DNA of 10,420 bases, from sequence record Ga0181581_10004889; one strand, given 5' to 3'. The translations under genes and the position numbers were made by a program. Below, piece by piece: positions 1-5,278 of this stretch; the stretch's first letter is position 1, and every line of letters begins with the position of its first letter. The notes beneath the pieces were generated by a model, which saw only the letters and a program-made list of their open reading frames with translations, had not been told where the DNA came from and made no database searches. The DNA is from a metagenome.

Positions 1-37
1 GGGGGATGCCGAGAATCGAACTCGGGGCCTCTCCCAC
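1..37 (-). tRNA. tRNA 3'-half-like element (variable region, T-arm, 3' acceptor strand) with no matching 5' half in the window
   Basis: The reverse complement of 1-37 reads GTGGGAGAGGC-CCGAG-TTCGATT-CTCGG-CATCCCC-C. This gives a 5-bp T stem (nt 21-25 pairing with 9-13) around a canonical TTCGATT T-loop (14-20), a 7-nt 3' acceptor strand (2-8) and a discriminator (1). The complementary 5' acceptor strand GGGGATG and a partner for the anticodon-stem 3' strand are absent from the next ~300 nt of that strand. Confidence 0.4.
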
Positions 38-250
38 ATTCACGTATTCTATGTCGTGATCTACCTAAGTGCTCGTCGATAAGTCTATCGCTCTGCCCCG
101 TCGCGAGTGATATCGTCAAGGTTGTGGGCGCGATTTTCGTACTTTAGGGTTTACGCAGCTTTGCGTCTGTGCGTGGGTCCTCCGACACGAGACGGGCGCC
201 GTTCCCGCGAGACGCGTCGGTGCGTCGGCGCGTCGGCGGCGTCCCGCTCG

Positions 251-280
251 TGTATATTATTACATGCTTCTTTACATGAT
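251..280 (-). terminator. AT-rich island with two TGTAA motifs on the minus strand; candidate poly(A) signal region for the 340-654 gene
   Basis: Plus-strand TTACA at 260-264 and 272-276 is TGTAA on the minus strand, 64-80 nt downstream of the stop at 340-342. The local sequence tgtatattattacatgcttctttacatgat is far more AT-rich than its surroundings. UGUAA is the known poly(A) signal of chlorophyte algae. Confidence 0.3.
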
Positions 281-339
281 TCTGGATTCCGCGTCGCTCC
301 GACACCCATCGCCGACATCCATCGCCATCCATCATCGCC

Positions 340-654
340 TCACTCCTCATCGCTCGACGACGACGTGTACGCGACGAGGAACACTAAGAGCACCACGTTC
401 ATCGCCGCGAAGACGTCGGCGTACCAGTACCCGGTGAGCGCGCCGAGCCCGTCGATCGGGGACGCGCTCGCGAAGAGCCCCTCGAGCGGGTTGGACCCGT
501 CCGGGACGGACCAAAAAAACGACGACGACGACGAGGACGAGGACGACGACGCGCTCGCGCGACGAGGACGAGGACGACGCGCGTCTCGACGAGGTCTCGT
601 CACGGTGCGCGGCGGCGCCGCGAGCGCGCGGACGGTCGTACACGTCGTCGTCAT
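340..654 (-). CDS. Small 104-aa protein: Arg/Ala/Thr/Ser-rich presequence-like N-terminus, poly-Ser run, one hydrophobic helix, acidic C-tail
   Basis: True ATG at 654-652 and TGA at 342-340. The N-terminal ~45 residues (MTTTCTTVRALAAPPRTVTRPRRDARRPRPRRASASSSS...) contain almost no acidic residues, as in an organellar targeting peptide. The C-terminal half, WSVPDGSNPLEGLFASASPIDGLGALTGYWYADVFAAMNVVLLVFLVAYTSSSSDEE, reads like a real single-pass membrane protein. The overlapping plus ORF 107-661 has no ATG at all. TGTAA motifs lie downstream. Caveat: codon position 3 falls on the same nucleotides as in the plus frame, so GC3 cannot tell the two strands apart. Confidence 0.5.
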   Translation of the reverse strand: MTTTCTTVRALAAPPRTVTRPRRDARRPRPRRASASSSSSSSSSSFFWSVPDGSNPLEGLFASASPIDGLGALTGYWYADVFAAMNVVLLVFLVAYTSSSSDEE

Positions 655-673
655 CGTGTGAAGACGCTTCGAG

Positions 674-1258
674 ATGACTTTGACGTCTCCTCTCTCTCGA
701 CGTCTCCTCGTCGTCCTCGTCGCGGCGACGCAAATCTTCGGCGTTTTAGGCGACGTGTTCGTCGCGCCGTACGCGTTGGCGAGCGGATCGAACGCGTGGG
801 CGATGGTGGCGGTGGCGATGAACGCGAGTGATAAAAACGTGGCGCTGACGCTCTCGCGCGCGTCGACGGCGGCGACGTGCGTCGCCGTGGTTCGCCGGTG
901 CGTGGAAGACGTCGCGTTGTTCGCCGTCGGTCGTTTGAAGGATGACGACGCGTCGAGACGACGGAGACGGTCGACGACGCGGTGGGCGGCGCTCGCGGCG
1001 AGTCTGGCGTGGCCGAACGCCGCGACGTGCGTCGCCGCGGGCGCGACGAGCGGAGCGCGCGTCGCGACGTTCGTCGTCGCGAACGTCGCGGCGACGACGG
1101 TGCGCGTGCTCGCGTTGGGTGGTTTGGGTCGCGCGGTTTTGTTCGGCGAGGTTGGGCTCGCGCTCGGCGGTGGCGCCGCGCGAACCGTCGCGACGGCGGC
1201 GTCCGTCGTCGCCGCCGTCGTCGCCGCGAGAGAATTCGTCGCGAGCGGCGCTAGGTAG
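674..1258 (+). CDS. Hypothetical 194-aa Ala/Val/Gly/Thr-rich hydrophobic protein (possibly multi-pass membrane)
   Basis: ATG at 674 and TAG at 1256-1258. About 85% G/C at codon position 3, with G favoured over C at that position on the plus strand (89 vs 72 by my count). There are several 15-25 residue hydrophobic stretches, and the ORF ends in an AT-rich spacer convergent with the next gene. I recognise no family. The antisense frame sharing position 3 is also stop-free, so the strand assignment is not secure. Confidence 0.4.
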   Translation: MTLTSPLSRRLLVVLVAATQIFGVLGDVFVAPYALASGSNAWAMVAVAMNASDKNVALTLSRASTAATCVAVVRRCVEDVALFAVGRLKDDDASRRRRRSTTRWAALAASLAWPNAATCVAAGATSGARVATFVVANVAATTVRVLALGGLGRAVLFGEVGLALGGGAARTVATAASVVAAVVAAREFVASGAR

Positions 1259-1305
1259 ATTAATAGATAGATAGATAGATATTATGTACAACTAAGATAT
1301 TTTCT
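1259..1305. terminator. AT-rich convergent 3' spacer between the 674-1258 (+) and 1306-2343 (-) genes
   Basis: Only 47 nt separate two facing stop codons. The spacer is sharply AT-rich and contains (TAGA)4 and the palindrome TGTACA (1285-1290). Confidence 0.4.
1264..1281. repeat. (TAGA)4 tetranucleotide microsatellite
   Basis: Direct reading: tagatagatagatagata. An extra tagat lies at 1256-1260. Confidence 0.9.
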
Positions 1306-2343
1306 TCACGCCGCGCTCTCGCTCGACGGTTGACGCGCGCGATTTTTGAGCGCCCTTCGCGCGTCCGCGTACTGCGCGTTCGCGGGCGCGTCGCCCTTCG
1401 CGCGCGAGGTCGACGTGGTGTGGAACGAAAATTCTTTAGGTACCGTCGTCTCGTTGCGCCACGACGATCCGTCGCGACGGTTCAATTTAGCGTCTCTCTC
1501 CTCGCGCAACTTTCGAGCGCGTTCCTGTCGCGCGAGGTACGATTCCAAACCGGGCGTCGGTGTTTTTGCGACCGCCATCGGCGACGACGACGTCGCGGCG
1601 CACGTCACCGGTTGGAACGTACAGTCTCGCAGATCGCCCTCGCGTTTCGCCTCTCGCTCAGCTTCGAGAATCTCCTCCTTGCGTCGCGCCCACACCTTGG
1701 AGCGCTCGACAAAGGACGACGGCGTCTTCGTCGCGCTCGACGCGCGCCGCACCAAACTCGCGTGAATCTCCCGCGATTTTCGCGAAATGGTCGGCGTGAA
1801 CGTGCAATGCGCGTCAATCTCCGCCAACTCGGCGCGCTCCCGCGTCGTCAACGTCGCCGCGTTCGTCGGTGTATCGGCGGTGGGGGCGGCGAGCTGGTTT
1901 CGCTTCTCGCGGTGCGCCTTCTGGTCCGTCTGCTGTTGCGGTCGTGACTGTTGCTGCTGCTGCTGCTGCTGCTGCGACTGTTGCTGCTTTTCTCTAAACT
2001 TTTGCGCCAATTTCCGACTCGTCGCGCTGATTTTCGGCGTAAACGTACACGCCGCCGCGTCCTCCTCCGTCGCCCCGCGCCTCGGCGTCGTCCCGTCCTC
2101 GCGCTCAGCCACCCCCACGCCCCTATACAAACGCTCCGACGCCGCCCTGATCTCTCGCTCGCTCATCTTTTTCCCCTCTAGCATCGCCTTCACCCTCGCC
2201 TCCTCCGCGTTCGCCCTCGCCGCCGCGGCGTCCCGCGTGCGCCTCGCCAACGCCGTCGCCCGCGTCGTCCCCGGCGTCCCTCGTCCTCCCACGCTTCGCC
2301 GCGCCCTCGACGCCGCCCCACCGCCATCCGTCGGCGTCACCAT
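1306..2343 (-). CDS. 345-aa low-complexity/coiled-coil protein with three C-T-F-x-P motifs, a polyQ tract and a TPX2-like PKEFSFHT motif
   Basis: The ORF is open from 2409, but that 'M' is TTG; the first ATG is at 2343-2341. TGA at 1308-1306. Strong GC3. Charged heptad-like segments are present (EEARVKAMLEGKKMSEREIRAASERLY; KEEILEAEREAKREGDL; LARQERARKLREERDAKL). The repeated motifs are listed in the findings. Confidence 0.8.
   Translation of the reverse strand: MVTPTDGGGAASRARRSVGGRGTPGTTRATALARRTRDAAAARANAEEARVKAMLEGKKMSEREIRAASERLYRGVGVAEREDGTTPRRGATEEDAAACTFTPKISATSRKLAQKFREKQQQSQQQQQQQQQSRPQQQTDQKAHREKRNQLAAPTADTPTNAATLTTRERAELAEIDAHCTFTPTISRKSREIHASLVRRASSATKTPSSFVERSKVWARRKEEILEAEREAKREGDLRDCTFQPVTCAATSSSPMAVAKTPTPGLESYLARQERARKLREERDAKLNRRDGSSWRNETTVPKEFSFHTTSTSRAKGDAPANAQYADARRALKNRARQPSSESAA
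1954..1974 (-). repeat. Perfect (CTG)7, which is (CAG)7 in the coding sense, at the core of a polyQ tract
   Basis: ctgctgctgctgctgctgctg read directly. It is in frame with the minus CDS and is flanked by ttg/ctg codons, giving QQQSQQQQQQQQQS over 1945-1986. Confidence 0.95.
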
Positions 2344-2816
2344 CACCGTCGGCTCCGCGCCCGCCGTCGTCGTCGTCTCGCGCTCCAACCACGTCGATCG
2401 CGCGTGCAATTTATCTCGCCTGCGCGGTCGTTTAAAAACGCGACATCATCACCGTCAGCACCGCGTCGCTCGGTCGCGTCGCTCGCGTTCGCTCGCCTCG
2501 TTCGATCGCACGCACATGATCTCACACAGTAACCCATCCGGCGCGCGCGCGGCGGCGACGACGCCCACCATCTCGCGCGTCGCGTCGTGGCGACGGTCGG
2601 TCCGGATTGGTTCGATCGATGTGTCCCGCGCGCGCGTACGTAGTGTGGCTGTGAACTCCCTATATGATGGACATATTCACTATACCTCGATTCTCGGACC
2701 GATGACCCATACACACCCATGAACGTCATCGACTCGTCGCGACCACCTCTTGGAGGCGGTCGACCCCGCCTCGCGCGCGGGAGGGACAGTCGCGCGCGCG
2801 CGCCGACGACGACGCG
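2344..2816. promoter_or_regulatory. Divergent intergenic region (shared 5' region) between the 1306-2343 (-) and 2817-3329 (+) genes
   Basis: The two ATGs face away from each other 473 nt apart. AT-richer patches are tttaaaaa (2431-2438), tatatga (2661-2667) and tatacc (2681-2686). Codon periodicity is lost. Confidence 0.5.
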
Positions 2817-3329
2817 ATGCCGTGTCCGAAGGGCACGCGCACGAAGGGTCTGACGCGCAAGTATAAACACAACGCGCGCGTCGAGGCGGAGCGGAAGCGC
2901 GCGCGCACGGAGACGTACCGGAAAAAGCGCGCATTCATCGACGCCAAGTTGGCTGCGTACGCGGCGGCGGAGGGCGCGGGGGCGGAGGAGGCGGTGGACG
3001 GGCGCTCGGCGTTGGATCGCGTGCCGACGGTGGTCGGGGTGATGCCGGCGCGAGAGATCGAGCGACGGGTGACGCTGGACGTGGAGGCGTATCGAGCGGC
3101 GGCGAAGACGGCGAGCGCGCGCGCGGGGGCGGCGAGCACGAGCGGCGGGACGATTGGAACGATGGCGTTCGATGGACGATCGGACGTCGCGATCGGGGGA
3201 GCGAAGAGGCGGCGGGAGGAGACGGAGGGGGGGGGTGGGGGAGGGAAACCCGAGCGAATCGGCACGGCGGCGAGAAAGAAGAAGAAGAAGAATAAAAAAT
3301 TGAACGCGCGGCGGGCGAGGCAGTGCTGA
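2817..3329 (+). CDS. 170-aa basic protein with Lys/Arg-rich N-terminus and a C-terminal KKKKKKNKK NLS-like tail (nuclear/nucleolar type); family not recognised
   Basis: ATG at 2817 and TGA at 3327-3329, with good GC3. N-terminus MPCPKGTRTKGLTRKYKHNARVEAERKRARTETYRKKRAF; C-terminus KRRREETEGGGGGGKPERIGTAARKKKKKNKKLNARRARQC. Confidence 0.7.
   Translation: MPCPKGTRTKGLTRKYKHNARVEAERKRARTETYRKKRAFIDAKLAAYAAAEGAGAEEAVDGRSALDRVPTVVGVMPAREIERRVTLDVEAYRAAAKTASARAGAASTSGGTIGTMAFDGRSDVAIGGAKRRREETEGGGGGGKPERIGTAARKKKKKNKKLNARRARQC
3227..3245 (+). repeat. G-tract G9-T-G5-A-G3 inside the CDS (encodes EGGGGGGK)
   Basis: gggggggggtgggggaggg read directly. It satisfies a four-run G3+ pattern with loops G, GGT and GGA. 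Confidence 0.85.
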
Positions 3330-3388
3330 AAACGTAAGAACGTCGAGTGTACAATTATTTATTTTTTAATGCTACTGCGTCGCGGTGC
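3330..3388. terminator. AT-rich convergent 3' spacer between the 2817-3329 (+) and 3389-4582 (-) genes
   Basis: 59 nt separate two facing stop codons. The spacer contains TGTACA (3348-3353) followed by aattatttattttttaat. Confidence 0.4.
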
Positions 3389-4582
3389 CTAGTCGTGTGA
3401 TAGTCTATCGTCTACATCGTCGTTGTCGTTTTCGTTTTCCTCGGTGCCGGTACCACCGCCGACGACGTCGCGTTCGAGCGCCAAGACGCGAGTCACGCGC
3501 TCGACGTACGCCTCGACCTCGGGATCCGACGCCTCGAGTCGGGAAAACATCTCGAGCGCGTCCATCCATCGTTCGTTCTTGAAATACAACACGCCCAGCG
3601 TGCGCGTGAGCGGTTCGTTCAGTGATTCGTACGGGTTGCACGTCGGCATGTATTCGACGATTTGAAGCGCGCGTTCGTAATCCTCCCTCGCAAAGTAGAT
3701 GGCTTTGAGGTTGGTGAGCATGCGCGTGAGAAACGCCTTTTTTCGCACCTTGGTCTCCGTCAAAAACGAGCGATCGATCTGTACCTTGCCGTCTTCGCCC
3801 GTGACCAAGAGAGAGTTCCTGCTCAGAATGTCCTCAACCTCCTCGATGAAGAGCAGGTCGCCTTGGTTGAACGCGTCGACGAGGACCTCCATGCCCTCGG
3901 CGACGGGTCTGCACAAGAGGTGTCCGGGAATGCCCACGTCCACCATCTCCACGCCGCACCGTTTGGCGATTTCCATGTATACCAAACACAGTGTGATCGG
4001 AATTCCCGTCCTTGTCTCGAGCACGCGATCGATGCACGAGTTTCCGACGTCGTAATAGTCCTCCACGTTGCCTTTAAATCCCAAGTCGGCGGCCCACGCG
4101 CGAGAAATAGTCTTCACCGTGCGCAGCGGGTATCTCTCCTCGACGTCCGCGTCGAGACGTTCCATGACAATCTTTGCCATCTCATCGATGGATCGTCGCA
4201 CGTCGTCCACCTCGAGGTCGGGATTCGCGTGCATGGCGATGAACGTGGCGGCCGCGAGCAAGTCGACGTCGTCCTCATCCTTGGCCAACTCTCGTTCGAA
4301 GAGCGTCAATCCACGCTTACGTCTCGCCAAGCTCGCAAACGCGGCGTCGAAGGACGACGACTCGGTCGCATCGGTCGTCGAAGGCGCGTCCGCGTCGTCG
4401 GCGTCACCGTCACCGCGCTCGTCGGCGAGCCATTGCTCGGCGTCAGAGCGCCCAAAAAAGCATCCCCTTCGCCCCGACGTCGACGACCCCGCGCGTCGTG
4501 TGCGACTCGTTCGACGCGCGCGCGTCCGCGTCGCGGACGCGCGCTCGATGGCACTCGCGTTCGGCACCGACAGCGCGCGCAT
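3389..4582 (-). CDS. Transglutaminase-like (Transglut_core2, SirB1/YchA family) protein with a TPR-like C-terminal domain and an N-terminal organelle-type presequence
   Basis: ATG at 4582-4580 and stop at 3391-3389. The core GNSCIDRVLETRTGIPITLCLVYMEIAKRCGVEMVDVGIPGHLLCR matches the Cys...His transglutaminase-like fold signature of the bacterial SirB1/YchA family. It is followed by TPR-like helices (LTNLKAIYFAREDYERALQIVEYM...LGVLYFKNERWMDALEMFSRL). The N-terminus MRALSVPNASAIERASATRTRARRTSRTRRAGSSTSGRRG is basic and hydroxylated. Confidence 0.85.
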   Translation of the reverse strand: MRALSVPNASAIERASATRTRARRTSRTRRAGSSTSGRRGCFFGRSDAEQWLADERGDGDADDADAPSTTDATESSSFDAAFASLARRKRGLTLFERELAKDEDDVDLLAAATFIAMHANPDLEVDDVRRSIDEMAKIVMERLDADVEERYPLRTVKTISRAWAADLGFKGNVEDYYDVGNSCIDRVLETRTGIPITLCLVYMEIAKRCGVEMVDVGIPGHLLCRPVAEGMEVLVDAFNQGDLLFIEEVEDILSRNSLLVTGEDGKVQIDRSFLTETKVRKKAFLTRMLTNLKAIYFAREDYERALQIVEYMPTCNPYESLNEPLTRTLGVLYFKNERWMDALEMFSRLEASDPEVEAYVERVTRVLALERDVVGGGTGTEENENDNDDVDDRLSHD

Positions 4583-4627
4583 CGGCCGACTCCTCGAGCG
4601 CGCGGCGCGCCGTCTTGTGGAGACGGG

Positions 4628-5278
4628 CTATCCGGGACTCGCGAGCGCCGTCGCCCGTCTCGTCTCTCCGGTCGCCTCCATCGTCTCTTCGCGCGACGCC
4701 GCGATCGAGGACGCGGGCACGCTCGGTAACGAGATGACGTCCGCGTCGTCCCGCGTCGCGCGGTCGGTCGTCTCGCGTACGAGCGCGGCGTAATCGTCTT
4801 CGATTTCGTCGTCTCGCACCGGGACGTCTTCGCCCAACGCGGCGAACCATCTTCCCACACCCTCGAGATCGCGCATTAATTCGTCCACGTCCTCGCACGC
4901 GCGAGTCACCGTCGTCAACGCGTCTCTCCCCGCTCTCAACGCGCGCACCATGTGCGCCGTCGCCTGCGCGGCGTCAATCTCCAACAGCGTACGCTCGACG
5001 GTCAGCAAATAATCATTCAACCGCTCGCACATCGCCTCTCGCGCGCGCTTGGCGCGCAAGTGACGCTTGGCGACGGTCGCGAACGATGCGTTCGCGCGCG
5101 CCGCGTCGACATCTCGCGCGATGTCTTCGCGCGCGCGGTGCACGCGCGCCTCGAGCGCGGCTTTCGTGCGCTTGAGCTCGAGCACAGCCACGTCCACCTC
5201 GGTCACCTCGACGACGGCGCTCGACGCGTCCGCGCGAGGAGGGGACGCGCACGCCATCGCGCTCGCGATCGCGCCCAT
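4628..5278 (-). CDS. VPS20: ESCRT-III Snf7-family protein, VPS20/CHMP6-like (216 aa)
   Basis: ATG at 5278-5276 and TAG at 4630-4628. The N-terminal MGAIAS fits the M-G-x-x-x-S myristoylation pattern typical of CHMP6/Vps20. VTEVDVAVLELKRTKAALEARV... parallels CHMP6 VTEQDKAILQLKQQRDKLRQY. The helical basic N-half, acidic C-half (DDEIEDDYAALV) and ISLPSVP tail resemble CHMP6 IELPEVP. Confidence 0.85.
   Translation of the reverse strand: MGAIASAMACASPPRADASSAVVEVTEVDVAVLELKRTKAALEARVHRAREDIARDVDAARANASFATVAKRHLRAKRAREAMCERLNDYLLTVERTLLEIDAAQATAHMVRALRAGRDALTTVTRACEDVDELMRDLEGVGRWFAALGEDVPVRDDEIEDDYAALVRETTDRATRDDADVISLPSVPASSIAASREETMEATGETRRATALASPG

Noticed and set aside
1-99. Folding nt 99-1 (minus strand) as one complete, possibly intron-containing, tRNA (Leu-TAG-like loop CTTAGGT)
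   Set aside because: The acceptor pairs at only 5 of 7 positions. The putative D-arm has a 6-nt loop lacking GG. No 3' partner exists for the anticodon stem, and no segment pairs with the GTGGG/TGGGA strand next to the variable region.
107-661. 184-aa plus-strand ORF from the track
   Set aside because: Its 'M' is GTG and the whole ORF contains no ATG, so it cannot be a stand-alone eukaryotic CDS. It shares codon position 3 with the minus ORF 340-654, which explains its good GC3. Its 5' part runs through an AT-rich patch carrying minus-strand TGTAA motifs. The peptide looks low-complexity and disordered.
746-1291. Arg-rich ORFs over 746-1291 (-), 942-1274 (+), 982-1254 (+) and 347-733 (-)
   Set aside because: These are extreme Arg/Asp/Gly junk composition typical of off-phase frames in CG-rich coding DNA. 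They are out of phase with the G/C3 periodicity. The 746-1291 'M' is TTG.
2344-2409. N-terminal extension of the 1306-2409 ORF (MHARSTWLERETTTTAGAEPTV)
   Set aside because: The start codon at 2409 is TTG (plus caa at 2407-2409). The first ATG is at 2343, so I trimmed the CDS to 1306-2343.
2655-2715. Box C/D snoRNA-like strings (atgatgg, cgatgac) in the divergent spacer
   Set aside because: I could find no proper RUGAUGA plus CUGA pair with terminal stem complementarity, so these are most likely chance matches.
1787-2722. 311-aa plus ORF containing a poly-Cys run (CCCCCCCCC)
   Set aside because: It is antisense to the 1306-2343 gene, and the poly-Cys is just the (CTG)n/(CAG)n polyQ repeat read in another frame. 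It crosses into the intergenic region with no periodicity.
4583-4630. Reading VPS20 and the transglutaminase-like ORF as one fused protein via TAG readthrough or sequencing error
   Set aside because: The shared frame has a 1-in-3 chance expectation, and 15 stop-free codons are unremarkable at this GC content. VPS20 is already full length relative to CHMP6. The downstream N-terminus looks like a targeting peptide that must be N-terminal. I keep it only as a minor alternative in the finding.
3662-4793. Long plus ORFs 3662-4729 (355 aa) and 4068-4793 (241 aa)
   Set aside because: They are antisense to two genes with clear family signatures (transglutaminase-like and VPS20). They are Arg/Ser-rich with no recognisable motifs and bridge the gene boundary at 4583-4627, which a real gene would not do.
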